DNA of 63,592 bases, filler included, from Licmophora abbreviata (lineage: Eukaryota): the NCBI GenBank assembly GCA_900291995.1. It is 10 parts of 10 records of this genome, joined end to end, with 100 filler letters (N's around TTAATTAATTAA, not from the genome) between each part and the next. Parts side by side here need not be neighbours in the genome. Positions count along the whole stretch, not along the records: positions 35,863 to 50,118 come from OLMU01003078.1; positions 50,219 to 57,177 come from OLMU01003079.1; 8 more parts are not named here. One strand, written 5' to 3'. Numbering within the stretch: position 1 is the first letter of the stretch; each line of letters starts with the position of its first letter. The position numbers and the translations under genes are program-made. Below, in pieces: positions 45,004 to 56,401 of this stretch. The notes under the pieces were generated by a model, which did not search any database, was not told the origin of the DNA, and saw nothing but the letters and a program-made list of their open reading frames with translations.

Positions 45004-47877
45004 ATGAAGCGAAACTCTGGCCATTCCACTCAATCTCGCAGGAGTCGACAGGAGGATGCATCCCCTCTGGATTGGGATCTAAGTGACAGCAGCCATAGTC
45101 TCGCGCTTTCCATGGTCTCAAGCGCCGACAGAGCTCTCGTCTCGCAGGGCAGGCGGGGCATTCACAGCTCTGGCGCCGGCTCCATCGTTTCCTTTGGGGA
45201 GAGATCCCTAGCTGCATCAACGACCGGTCGAACAAATCTGACCGACCCACAACTTGAGCGAGATTCAGAGAGGGCCAGGATTTCAGGGGAGACGCGTCCT
45301 TCGCTTGGACACCATGGCAGTCATCGATCACTTCCCTCGTCGTCACCATCGAGCAGGTCTCTGGTAAGCTACGAGGGATCCAGAGAGCTCGTATCACTCA
45401 GTTCAGTAGGTGATGACAACAGTCTAGCTGGTCAGAGTCTTGCGTATTCGAACTACTCGCTTGATGATCAATCCCGAACCAGCACCTACATCAGCGAAGC
45501 GAGCGTCGAAGAAGAAGTTGAACGGACGCACTTCCCGCAACAGTCGAACCCTGCTCATAGTCCATCTCTTTCGCGTGTCGAGCGACCGGTAGAGTATATC
45601 ATGCAAGAGGAGTACCATGATGACGACGTGAGCACGATCGGGGGCACATTCTTCAATGATGCGTCCAGTGTTTGGGACGCGTCGACGATTGCTACGACTC
45701 CGACGCTTCGACAAGAAATCGGTCCAGCTCTGCACGAACAAGACACCATCTATGAAGAGGAAGAAAGCGAAGAGGAAGAAGAGAGCGATGAGAATGAAGA
45801 GAGGTCGGCTGAGAGTTCAAAACGAAGCAAAGTGTCACAGCAATCATCACATCCTTCAGATCGCGGAATGGCGAGGGGTGCGCAAGGACACTCCATGTCG
45901 ACAGTCGGGATGGATTCTGCACGTGAGCAGGCCAGAAGTCATCGCCAAGGAAGGCGCCCATCTACTGGACAAGTCAGCGAGGCCTCAGCATCTCAGACTC
46001 AGGGAACCTTCAATGCAAGTATGTATGACCGACAGTCGGCAGATGATGCTATCTCTCTCGCCGGCAGTATTCGTTCTGCAGACTTTTCTGGGACCGGTGT
46101 TACAGACGAGGATGCATTCCGGTACCATGAGGAGGATGAAGACTACGACGATTATTATGATGCTGATAGCTACGCTGACCAGAGTCTGCCAGTCCTTTAC
46201 CCCGATGACAGCGCCTCGCTCGTGGGAGCACGATCAGTGGGAGGTGGGAGCTATGGTCGGCCTCCCAGAGCGCCGAAGACCTTTCCCTCATCGGCGTCCG
46301 TGTCCTGGTCCCGTTCTGGTTCCGAGCAAGCTGCAATGTCCCTCAGAGGAGCTCGCACGGTTCAGTCAGAGGTATTGTACCGCGGTGGGATGAGTGGGGT
46401 AGGATCGGTAGGCAGCGGGAGTGGAAGCGGTACAAGAAGCATTGGAGCTAGAACGGTGCAGTCGGATGGATATGTGTTACAACAGAGGAAACAGGACTTT
46501 CGAGAATTATATCAGCAGCAACGTCCTAGAGCTGCGCTTCCCACCACACCAGAAGTGCTCCAGTTTGGAGCCGATGGTCCAATGATGACCAAAGGTATGA
46601 GTGGGCGTGCGGTTGTTCACGTTGCCATGTCGTCAGCTACGGACGGGTCCATCCAAGACTTGGAGTATACTACGCCTCTCGTCGAAGACAATGAGATACG
46701 ATCTATTGGTTACGGTAACGGAAGTACAACTCTAGGATCCGGAAGGGAGCTTCCATGGTTCGAGTACTACGTGAAGCAGCACGGCTGGGTTGAGAAGTGC
46801 TATTCGCGACGGTGCTACCGAATCAACGCTCTCATACTTCTCTGCACAACGCTACTGATTTCAGTGATTGTTACATTGACAACCGTGTCCACTGGAAACT
46901 CACCAGTTCCGCATGAGGGACGGTCAGCGGCGGGTCTACTCAACGATCTCACGTCACCTGCTGCGCTAGATATCCCTATTCCGTCGCTTTTCGAACGTCA
47001 CGTTCATGATTGGTTGAGCAGCGACAATTTCAACGCTTTACAGCCCGAAGATGTCCCTTTCTTTTGGAATATTCCTCTGTCGTCGGCCAACCTTGTTCAG
47101 GAGAACTGGGGGGCTTGTCTCGGATTAACGCAGGCGTCAGGGGTTGGACGAATCCATGCCTCAAATGAAACTCTCAAGGTCATTCAGATTTTCGGTGCAA
47201 GTTATGTCAACGTCGACACAACCACGTCGGCGGGCATTGATCACGCTATAAAGATGGATTTGATGGGGTCTGGACTGGCGGATGTAATGTTTTCTCCGCT
47301 AGTAACGGAGGTTCTATCGAATCTCTACAGTCGTAGGGCGAAGGCTAAGCTCATCATTGTACTTCGACATCCCATCGACAGAGCAGTGGCGATGTACAGG
47401 TACCTCTCAACGGCCACATCGGACCCAAGGTATGACCCATCTATCGCATCGATGACGCTCGAGCAGTTCTCAGTCAGCAAGTACATCGACAATAACTATG
47501 TATGCCGAGTGTTGCTCAACAAGTTTAGCGGCGCTTTGAGTGAAGACGATCTCAATCAGGCAAAGGAAATTCTTAGAAGAAAAGCAGTTGTCGGCATATA
47601 CGATGACATGCTTCGGACAGTTCAACACATCGAACGCTACTTTGGCTGGCTGCCCTTCAACGCCGACGCCGCACATTGCCAGCGGAATTCGATCGAAGCG
47701 GGACTTGCCAAGCATGCGGTCCCCGTGGTTGATCCTGGTTCGGCCGCTTGGGAACTCATCAAGTCGCACAATCGATATGATCTTGCTCTCTATGAGTACG
47801 CCAGAAACGTCGTTTTCCCGTATCAACATGAAGTCATACGTCGCCAGTTTCAGAGTGTGAGCACGCCCGTAGCATGA
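45004..47877 (+). CDS. Type II membrane sulfotransferase-fold protein, paralog 3, with about 600-aa disordered N-terminus
   Basis: TM ALILLCTTLLISVIVTLTTV; PFFWNIPLSSAN, YVNVDTT, LRHPIDRAVAMYRYL, AKEILRRKAVVGI, NRYDLALYEYA. Confidence 0.87.
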   Translation: MKRNSGHSTQSRRSRQEDASPLDWDLSDSSHSLALSMVSSADRALVSQGRRGIHSSGAGSIVSFGERSLAASTTGRTNLTDPQLERDSERARISGETRPSLGHHGSHRSLPSSSPSSRSLVSYEGSRELVSLSSVGDDNSLAGQSLAYSNYSLDDQSRTSTYISEASVEEEVERTHFPQQSNPAHSPSLSRVERPVEYIMQEEYHDDDVSTIGGTFFNDASSVWDASTIATTPTLRQEIGPALHEQDTIYEEEESEEEEESDENEERSAESSKRSKVSQQSSHPSDRGMARGAQGHSMSTVGMDSAREQARSHRQGRRPSTGQVSEASASQTQGTFNASMYDRQSADDAISLAGSIRSADFSGTGVTDEDAFRYHEEDEDYDDYYDADSYADQSLPVLYPDDSASLVGARSVGGGSYGRPPRAPKTFPSSASVSWSRSGSEQAAMSLRGARTVQSEVLYRGGMSGVGSVGSGSGSGTRSIGARTVQSDGYVLQQRKQDFRELYQQQRPRAALPTTPEVLQFGADGPMMTKGMSGRAVVHVAMSSATDGSIQDLEYTTPLVEDNEIRSIGYGNGSTTLGSGRELPWFEYYVKQHGWVEKCYSRRCYRINALILLCTTLLISVIVTLTTVSTGNSPVPHEGRSAAGLLNDLTSPAALDIPIPSLFERHVHDWLSSDNFNALQPEDVPFFWNIPLSSANLVQENWGACLGLTQASGVGRIHASNETLKVIQIFGASYVNVDTTTSAGIDHAIKMDLMGSGLADVMFSPLVTEVLSNLYSRRAKAKLIIVLRHPIDRAVAMYRYLSTATSDPRYDPSIASMTLEQFSVSKYIDNNYVCRVLLNKFSGALSEDDLNQAKEILRRKAVVGIYDDMLRTVQHIERYFGWLPFNADAAHCQRNSIEAGLAKHAVPVVDPGSAAWELIKSHNRYDLALYEYARNVVFPYQHEVIRRQFQSVSTPVA

Positions 47878-47912
47878 ACACGACGATGAGTAGTCCAATG
47901 TCTCTAACAACT

Positions 47913-50016
47913 CTACACGAGAGATAAGTAGCGCTGTAGTTGTTCTTTTTGTTCACCATCGCCCAATATGCTCGCAAACTCCTGGATGGCTGCTTTGATC
48001 ACTAAAATACGAAATTCACGAGTGAACAACATGCCTACGTTGCGACCAAGCACAAAACACGCGAGAATCAATGTCACGTACCGCCAACCCCAGATTGTTG
48101 AAGCGTCAGTTGTTTCAGTATGTGGTTGTGGCCTTTCTTGGATCCCACACAAACGAATGCCGCAATGGCGCCCAAGCGATGAAACAGGTCTCCTCCGCCT
48201 TTGAGTTTTGCGTCTAAGGCTGCCAGTTCGACTTCATCGCCCATTTCCTCTTCGATGTCGCTGCGATAGAATTTGTATTCTGCCATTCGCGCCATGTGAT
48301 CATATTGAAGAACTAGGTCGACGAGTCGGTCGCATTTCTCCTAAAGGGACACGCAGACAATGATGAACGTGATAAGCGACCCACGACCTTGCTGAGAAAA
48401 CACAATTGTCAACAAGTTGAATTCCACCACATTGTCTTGCATCATTTACTTACGCAATCGTCCTCTAGAAACTTGACTAGCAGTCTTGCTTTGGCATCTT
48501 CGGGCGATTCTTCGGTCAAGTGTCGCGTCAAATTGTACATAATGTGAATCACCTGCGTTTCCACCATGCGCAACCACTCCTTGCGAGCCTTTGTACTCGT
48601 ACGTCCACTCGCAGGCGCAGGTTTCGGGATGGATCTTCCCACAAACAAGGGAAAGATCCACCGAAGCCCTCCTGCCTGCGCCACCAAACGCTCACAGCCT
48701 TTCCGCGATGACCGCAGGTCCAATAGTTTGAGCCCGACTCCACCTGCGTGTGTCTTTTCCTTCAAACATCGCATAACTAGTTCAATGCCTTGCGCCTCTA
48801 GAAAGTTGTCTACATTGGTGGAAGAATACGTGAGTGCGGAGGCTAGTGCAAGACTGACATTTTCCAGAAAGTCGCATTCTGCGTCAGTTGGAGGCTGGCT
48901 CTTGCGATACTTGGCCATGGCCAGCAATAGAATCTCGATCCCGTCCAGTGGAGGCGTCTTCTTTTGGGCGCCGTTGTTCTCTTCCGTCAAAAGTGATACG
49001 TAGGGTGGAATGTTCGTCAGATCCGAATAGTCAGAGTGTACATCAGGCTGCTGTAGCAGCAACACCAGGATTTCACAGGCTCGTCCCGATTGTCGCGTGG
49101 AGACCTCCGTCAAGAGCCACCCAAGAATCGTCGTCGTTCGTACCAGTGTCGATGCCACCGAGCTATTCTCATCTAGGACAATTGCATTGTCCATATCTAA
49201 CAATGCTTCCAACAAGGACATTATGTCTTCAATTCCGGTCGCATCCTCTTCTTGCGCTGGATCAAGACGTCCCAAATTAGCCACCAACCATTCAAGACAG
49301 TCGGAGACAACGGCACGGGCCATGTCCTGCATCGGTGCATCCAGAGCGTAGGACTCTACATCGAGCCATTCATTCAAGACACGAAGTACACTCATTGCCA
49401 CGTCGCTGTTATCGTGCGAAAGGAGTTGCGCCAGCTGTGGCACAATGCCTTCCTCTAGAACAGTTGGAAAGAGCTCGAGCGAGTTTGCAGCAATTGCCGA
49501 GAGTGCCGATATCTGTTCGTTCAGGGCCAGTTCACTTTCCATGTACTCTTCGGGGGCATTGGCATGTTCAGCTCTCTGCAGAGAGTTCCTCGCAACCACC
49601 TTTTCCAATGATTTGGCAGCATGACGCATGCCTTTCGGAGTCAAGTCGACAACTTTGGAATGGGGATCGACATCTTGTTCGGCACGTTTCAAGAGCTCCT
49701 CTGCCGACAGCTGCTCTTCTCTCGGTCTCTTTCGAGACTGAGTTTTTTGTAGCAAAGAACTCTCTTTTGCAACTCCATTCAACGAGCCACGTGTCGCAGT
49801 ATCCCAATAATACCCTGTCCCTTGGCTCGAAGTGCCAAAATAGTAACCCGATTTCGAGCCTTGCCAAGTCGCAGAAGAGATGAAAAGGGGAGGATCCGTC
49901 GTAGCTGAAGCCGATGCTACCATGCGATCTAGAACTGTATCCAAGGACGCCTTTCCTTCTGACTTGGGCCGATTGCCGCTGCCATTGGCGGCGGCGGACT
50001 CTGGTAGCGACGCCAT
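47913..50016 (-). CDS. CTNNBL1: Beta-catenin-like protein 1 (spliceosomal PRP19/CDC5L complex), 3 exons
   Basis: Exons 50016-48454, 48340-48082, 48001-47913. Motifs PEEYMESELAL, LLSHDNSDVA, LDGIEILL..YRKSQP..E.DFLEN, FLEAQGIEL, GGLRWIFPLF, RLLVKF..EKCDRLV. Confidence 0.92.
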
Positions 50017-50118
50017 GGTGATGCAGTCAGTGACATCCGCACACATTTTTATGTGTGGTCGGTATCTTTCATAGCACGACGAGAAAGATCCACCTCCGGG
50101 TTGTTCAAAAGGGAATCA

Positions 50119-50218
50119 NNNNNNNNNNNNNNNNNNNNNNNNNNNNNNNNNNNNNNNNNNNNTTAATTAATTAANNNNNNNNNNNNNNNNNNNNNNNNNN
50201 NNNNNNNNNNNNNNNNNN
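50119..50218. other. Artificial scaffold spacer
   Basis: N44-TTAATTAATTAA-N44. Confidence 0.97.
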
Positions 50219-50276
50219 CGTATCAATGTATTCCACATCTTCAATCTGTGTTCTGCTCACACCTCTCTATACCACA

Positions 50277-51395
50277 ATGATATCACGGGAAAGAATAAGG
50301 CGGCGACAGAGTCAGTATCCTGTTTTTCTCTTGATTTTAGTTCTATTTTGTGGTGAATTCTGTATCGCGTCGTCTGCCGCTGCCGGTTCATCATCGTCGG
50401 CGTCGCTGTACTCCACTCTCGGCCTTAGCAAGGACTGCTCCTCAGCTGATATTAAAAAGGCCTATCGGAAAATGGCATTGAAATATCACCCTGACAAAGT
50501 GGCACCGGAAAAACGCGACAAGGCAGAACAAAAGTTCAAGAAGGTAGCGCAAGCCTACGAGACACTTTCGGACGAAAACAAGCGAACCCTTTATGATCAG
50601 TATGGCGATGCTGCTCTGGACCCACAGTTTTCTTCCGCATCGGCTCCAGGAGGCTTTACAGGAGCACCACCTTTTCGATCTTCGTCGTCCGCGGGACCCA
50701 TGCCGCAGTCGTCCGACTTCTTCTCTTTTTTCCAGAATAATGGTGGATTCGGTGGTAGTCCCTTCGGCTCGGGCGGGCCTAAGAGTGTTGACCTCGAGCA
50801 GATGCTACGAAAGATGATGGGCGAAAACAGTCTGGGTACTGATTTCAACATGCCGCGACCAGAACAAAAACAACGGCGACGACCCCATGCACCCAAGACG
50901 TCCTCCTACATGAGAAGCATAACATGTAGTCTGCAGGACTTGGCGACAGGCGCCACCAAAAAGTTCAAAGTTCGACACCCCCAGGTCCCTTCTGTTGAGG
51001 AGATTTATGTAGTGAAATTNAAAAAGGGCTGGAAGGAGGGAACCAAAATAAAGTTCCCGCCGCGACACACTGCCACGAGCAGTGCCATGTTTCCAGCCAT
51101 GACGTTTGTGGTGCAAGAGAAAAAGCATCCTTTCCTGCGCCGCATCGGAAACGACTTGCACTACATGTGTGAGATTACCACGAAGCAGGCGGAAAAGGGG
51201 GCACGCGTCAAGATCCCACTTCCCGATGGAGAAATGGTTGCCGTGACTACAGAATCGCAACTTCCAATGGAGGACGGTCATGTCATGACAGTGGATGGCA
51301 AGGGCATGCCTATTCGCGGTGGACCGGAGCGGGGCAATCTTGTGATTAAATTTCGAATACCAAGAGGAATGGAGTCGTCGCGACATGCTGGATGA
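50277..51395 (+). CDS. DnaJ/Hsp40 class B co-chaperone with N-terminal hydrophobic signal
   Basis: J-domain [32 protein letters not shown]-rich linker; C-domain [19 protein letters not shown]. One ambiguous base at 51020. Confidence 0.93.
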   Translation: MISRERIRRRQSQYPVFLLILVLFCGEFCIASSAAAGSSSSASLYSTLGLSKDCSSADIKKAYRKMALKYHPDKVAPEKRDKAEQKFKKVAQAYETLSDENKRTLYDQYGDAALDPQFSSASAPGGFTGAPPFRSSSSAGPMPQSSDFFSFFQNNGGFGGSPFGSGGPKSVDLEQMLRKMMGENSLGTDFNMPRPEQKQRRRPHAPKTSSYMRSITCSLQDLATGATKKFKVRHPQVPSVEEIYVVKXKKGWKEGTKIKFPPRHTATSSAMFPAMTFVVQEKKHPFLRRIGNDLHYMCEITTKQAEKGARVKIPLPDGEMVAVTTESQLPMEDGHVMTVDGKGMPIRGGPERGNLVIKFRIPRGMESSRHAG

Positions 51396-51446
51396 CAACG
51401 CCATACATGTTACTGTTACTGTATCTATGTGCGGACGCGCAGGCTT

Positions 51447-51463
51447 GCTAGCTAGCTAGCTAG
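51447..51463. repeat. (GCTA)n short tandem repeat
   Basis: gctagctagctagctag between convergent genes. Confidence 0.8.
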
Positions 51464-51537
51464 GGACGAATTGATAATACTACCAATAGATTACAATAGA
51501 TTTTCAAGAGCCATGCCGACAACAAGTAAGCACTCGA

Positions 51538-52422
51538 TTATCCTACATAGCTCAGCTTCTTTCGTTTCTTTTTCTTCTTTTTTGGCTTCTCCGGAGGCTT
51601 CGCTTTTGGTTCTTCTGGTGGTTCAACGAGCTTGAGTTCAATCTCGTTCTTTCTCAGAGTCTTGCCGTGTTCCACATCAAGAGCTCGAGCGAGACCCGGT
51701 CGCAATTTCGTCAGTGCCTCCTCGTCGCCGTCCGCTGCACACACAACAGGAGGTATTTCATTGAGTCGACATAGATACAACTTGCATAGTAGAGTGCACA
51801 GACAATGCCCTGAGTGGAGACTCAGTCGACAACACTGCACAAAGTGTCCCTCAGGATTAGACTGAAACTGATATGCCGTGAAAAGCATTCCAGAAATCCA
51901 AAGTAAGATGGATAACAGAACCCCTGCAATCAGTGGAACCTCCACATCACTGTTGTCTTGGAACCACGATAGGCTCGCCGGATGATAGGACGACGGCGAA
52001 CCGCCGAGGGTTGATTCGCCAGAATACGCATCGTTGTATTCTTCATAAGACGACGCCGGTGAGTCCCCATACGATGAATCTCCATAGGACGTCGACGATG
52101 GTCCTGCTTCGGTCGTCAGGGAATCTGAGTCACCGAACGACGATGCCGATGCTCCAATGCCATCCCATTCCCCACTAGAAGTTTCAGAGCCCCAACCATC
52201 TGACTCTTCAGCACCTGCCTCCATTTGTTCTGTGCCTCCGGAGGCAAGCGAATAGTCGTAGAATTGCTCGAGTCGTCTGCGGACTGTAGGAGCTTCCCTG
52301 TTCCTGGCTACCGTCATGCTACTGGAACTGCGCACAGTCGCCGCCGATAAGCACACGACAGTTGCGACCAAGAAGGCGCTTGCACCTAACGGGCCTCTGC
52401 GCACTCTAATCAATGGGAACAT
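51538..52422 (-). CDS. Single-pass membrane protein, silicalemma-associated protein (SAP)-like
   Basis: Signal peptide FLVATVVCLSAA; RRL motif (VRRRLEQ); Ser/Gly/Glu/Tyr-rich luminal region; TM LIAGVLLSILLWISGMLFTAY; cytosolic QFQSNPEGHFVQCCRL; Lys-rich tail. Confidence 0.72.
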   Translation of the reverse strand: MFPLIRVRRGPLGASAFLVATVVCLSAATVRSSSSMTVARNREAPTVRRRLEQFYDYSLASGGTEQMEAGAEESDGWGSETSSGEWDGIGASASSFGDSDSLTTEAGPSSTSYGDSSYGDSPASSYEEYNDAYSGESTLGGSPSSYHPASLSWFQDNSDVEVPLIAGVLLSILLWISGMLFTAYQFQSNPEGHFVQCCRLSLHSGHCLCTLLCKLYLCRLNEIPPVVCAADGDEEALTKLRPGLARALDVEHGKTLRKNEIELKLVEPPEEPKAKPPEKPKKKKKKRKKLSYVG

Positions 52423-52669
52423 CGTGAATTGATTGCCACGCAAGAGAATGTAGCACTGATGATACTTCTTCCCTCCACTTTGACTCTCATTTGTGTAGCG
52501 ACGCGTTGTGAGTCTCGACCCGTGAAAAAATGACTCCAGTTTTGCCGCGATAGGGCCCTATGATAGAATGACCGACGACACCAAAAGTCATTTGTGGCGC
52601 ACCAAGGTCACAAATTCACTTCAATTGCATAATAACTCTCACGACTAGTACCCACTGAAGACCTTCACC

Positions 52670-54945
52670 ATGGCTTCCTTGAGCGGGAGCTCGATGCAGA
52701 GTTCCCAGAGCGGCGGGTCCAAGGACGAAAGGAAGAGCCTAGGCAGCTGGGGCAAGGGTCGAAGCGCCAAACCAGACGAAGAGAATGCGTACGCGTCACT
52801 ATCTGATCACATGTCCGACGACAGGACTGCTCTAAGTGAAAGTATTCGGCAACACGCATCCATCCTGCGCGGTGACGACGATGAGCTAGACGACAATACA
52901 TTTGCTGATGGGGATGACTTTGTTGGCATACCTATGAAGAATATTGATCCCATTCCATCGCCTGCGCTTGGTACGAGCTCAGGCCACTCCTATGCCGAAC
53001 CTTCTACGATTCAAAGTGAATCGCAACACTTTTCATCAAACATTCAGAGTGAATCGTTAGACTACCCATCGACCATTCAGAGTGACTCCCAAGAGCCCTC
53101 GACGATACATAGCAGTTCACATGATCAGCCCAATCCATACTACATCCAGTACGACGATGGCACTGGTACAATGGATGGCGTGTCCTTCGCTTCGGGATCT
53201 ATGCAGGGGTCGGCACATTTGCCTCCGCCTCCTCCGCGAGCGACTTTCGCATCGCAGTACTACAGTAGCCTATCGACTATACAGACAAATGCCACATCGC
53301 TTCGATCAATCTCGAACGTGGAGCCCAAAGCGCCTATCCCGGAAGGTGACGAGGGCGCGCCCGATCAAAGTAGTATTGAGTCTTCGCAATTCCAACCAGA
53401 GCGACAGGAGGAAGTACAGCGCAATCCATCTCCGGCAGTGCCTCAGCCAGTCCATCGCCAGCAATCGCTCTACAACAAGTCAGCCCCTATTCCACGAGCG
53501 AGTCGAACGTTTGCTGTGCCTCTCAACTCGACAAGAGAACTACAAACGCCTTCTCCTATTGTCTCGGCAGATACTGGGAAACCTTTGCAACCTGCATTAC
53601 GTGCCGCACGGAAGTATAGTCCATCCGTAGCCCCTCAAGATCTGGACTCTACATCAGTGGGAAGTTATCACTCTCGAACGAGTTATGCACCTTCTGTCAC
53701 GTCCCAGTCGAGAGTTGCCTTTGCAGAAACGGTGCACAGTTATGGCGCTTACACCACAAACCAACCTCTGGGACGCCCCAAGAAGTTTCGATTGGTCCTG
53801 GTCTTGTTTTGTCTTTCCATCTCATTGGGTATGGCCCTCCTGTATGGACACGGCGACTTTGGGCTGTGGATGACAAATCAGTTTATTGGATCGACTGCTG
53901 CCAAGGAGGGGAACTACACTGGACTCCCAGGAGCTGTGGGGTCGCCGCCGGCCTACAATAAGACGTTTGAGATTCCCGATTTGGAGAGCATGAACATTGT
54001 TCTTCCAACACCCTCCATGGAGGCGAGTCTTGCGGAGTGGAGGATACCGTATCCCGCTGCGACGAGAGTTGATACACCGCTGTTCTGGGCACTTCCCAAG
54101 GCAGGCGGCAATGCAATTATGCGAATATTGGTCAATTGCCTTGGGCTTGTAGAAGCCAGTGGAGAGGGAGCGGGCCACAATGAGATGGTATGTATCAGAG
54201 GGAGCATCCATGTTTGGTACGGAAAGCGACAATATCTGTACTCGATTGAGGCTAACACCTTTCAATTCTTCGTGCACCCTCATAGACACTTCAAATCCTC
54301 GAGACGGACCAAGGCACACGATACGTCAATGTCAATACGATGACAGTTGAAGGGCTTGAGCGCGCCAAGATACTATCTCTGGCCGACTCGGGCATGGCAG
54401 AAGTCATGTCGACGCCGCTCATACCGCATGCCGCTCAAGTCTTCACGCCCGACTACAAGGGACGTCTGTTTGCCATCCTTCGTCATCCAATGGAGCGATC
54501 CATGTCGATCTACAATCAAGCGATAGTAAGGGATCCCACTGTGGCAGATATGAGTATTGCCGACTACGCTTCCAACTTCCTACCCAACAATGAAATGGTC
54601 CGGACACTGGCCTACAAGACATCCTCAGACGATCTGTCTGAGGCGGACCTGTATGTCGCCATGGAAGTGCTACGTCGCAAAGGCGTCGTAGGGCTCGTCG
54701 ATCGTATCGAAGAGTCTATTCAACGCTTTCATGGCTACTTTGGCTGGAAGTCAATGGTCGTCGACAGTGTGTTAGAATGTCAAGAAGAGCTGCTGGCACC
54801 CAGCGCCGATCGACTTGCCGCACCGGCGCCCGGGAGTGAGGCATACAACCTTCTGTTTGCACAGAACCGACTGGACATTCGCTTGTTTGAGTATGCTCAG
54901 TATTTGTTTGACATTCAGGGAGGCAACTCACGTGAAGCAAAGTAG
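52670..54945 (+). CDS. Type II membrane sulfotransferase-fold protein, paralog 4 (2 exons)
   Basis: Intron 54188-54285 (GTATGT..CTAAC..TAG). TM LVLVLFCLSISLGMALLY; PLFWALPKAGGN, YVNVNT, GRLFAILRHPMERSMSIY, AMEVLRRKGVVGL, NRLDIRLFEYA. Confidence 0.87.
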
Positions 54946-55085
54946 TGTGTAGCTTCACTCTAGAGAGAGATATGCTGTAGCCATTGAACGATAAACAAGC
55001 TACGTGGATAGTGTCCTCTTCGGTGGTTGTAGCTACGACTATTCGTTATCCCAGAAACCTGTCGCCTATTCACATAGTATGTCAT

Positions 55086-56021
55086 CTAAAACACTACCGT
55101 ATCAAGCATGGTTCCAAGACACTGGATAATGTTGGAACTCATGAGATCAGAAACGCTGCTCTCCAAGTGTCGTTTGGGATCTATCTTTCCGACATTTTCG
55201 ACGAGAATCTGTTCGACCGTCTTGCCTTCTTCTTGCTGAACCCGTTCGTTGTAGTCCTTGGTAAGTTTGAGCATCTTGTCCACAATATCTTCCGTGGTCT
55301 GCTGGTGATCCTCATAACGATCGACCGTCAAGCCAGACGTCCAATTGCGCTTGTGTAGATTCATGAGCATTTGCTCTTCGAGTTCGTTCTTGCGATAGTC
55401 AATGACAATCGAGTAATAATGACGATTGAGTCCATGAATAAGCGCCTGAATAGACGGCTTCTGCAAGTGCCCAATGTTGGACGTGGTTTGTCGAGGTTCC
55501 TGTCCCAGCATCATGAGCTGCGGATTGATGAGACGAAAGCAGTCGATGACGACCTTGCCCTTGACGGACTGGATGGGGTCGACGACGAGTGCGACGGCGC
55601 GCGAGTTGAGGGCCTCAAAGGACGACTGCGTGTTGATATCCGTAGAACTAAGCCAGCAGCCGAATCCAGGATGCGAGTGATACCATCCGACGACCATTTC
55701 GGGGCGGCCCGTCTGCTTGAGCATGTCCAACATTTTGGTCTGAAAAACGGGGTCGACGGCTTCGACAGAGACGGACGTTCCACTCTGAGGCATGGCGAAG
55801 ACGTCGACGCAGTTGATGGTGTAGTCGTCGACGAACTGTCCCAGCATGAGTCCCATGACTTCCATCGGGACGCCGGCGCGGCCGTGTTTGAGCATCTTGA
55901 GCAAAGCCAAGGACGAGACATGGACCTTTTCAGCGCAGTCTGGAGTGGGCGAATCGGAGCCTGGGCCTCCTCCCAAGCCTCCGCCAGGCATTCCTCGCAT
56001 CAATTGTTGCAATCGCTCCAT
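55086..56021 (-). CDS. RPN11: 26S proteasome lid deubiquitinase RPN11/PSMD14
   Basis: [27 protein letters not shown] motif [25 protein letters not shown]. Start MERLQQLM at 56021. Confidence 0.98.
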   Translation of the reverse strand: MERLQQLMRGMPGGGLGGGPGSDSPTPDCAEKVHVSSLALLKMLKHGRAGVPMEVMGLMLGQFVDDYTINCVDVFAMPQSGTSVSVEAVDPVFQTKMLDMLKQTGRPEMVVGWYHSHPGFGCWLSSTDINTQSSFEALNSRAVALVVDPIQSVKGKVVIDCFRLINPQLMMLGQEPRQTTSNIGHLQKPSIQALIHGLNRHYYSIVIDYRKNELEEQMLMNLHKRNWTSGLTVDRYEDHQQTTEDIVDKMLKLTKDYNERVQQEEGKTVEQILVENVGKIDPKRHLESSVSDLMSSNIIQCLGTMLDTVVF

Positions 56022-56401
56022 TGTCGATTGCAGATTACTTCTGAAGGGACAGGAGCAAGAAACGAGCAGCAGGGATATCCCAATCAAGCCGTCGCATCCA
56101 AAGGCGCCATTGTGAGAAGCAAAGCGATGCTCAAAGAAATCGCGTCTGTGCGTCTACCCGAAGACGACGATGAGCGAATTGACTTCTGACGGACGGCATA
56201 CGTACTGGCAAAGAGCGAGGCGATTGATGAAGACGTTCAATAGACCTACGCCCAAGTCTAGCAGACTAGCATAGCACCCACACTTGTTTAGACTCGCATA
56301 CGATCGCCAATAACTTGATCCTTTAAAGTGTGTCGCACCCTACAGACAGAGAGACCTCTACTCACATCCAACCTTTCGACGTGTATCATCGCGCGCTTGC
56401 T

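Noticed and set aside
55371..56189. 272-aa plus-strand ORF
   Set aside because: Antisense shadow of RPN11.
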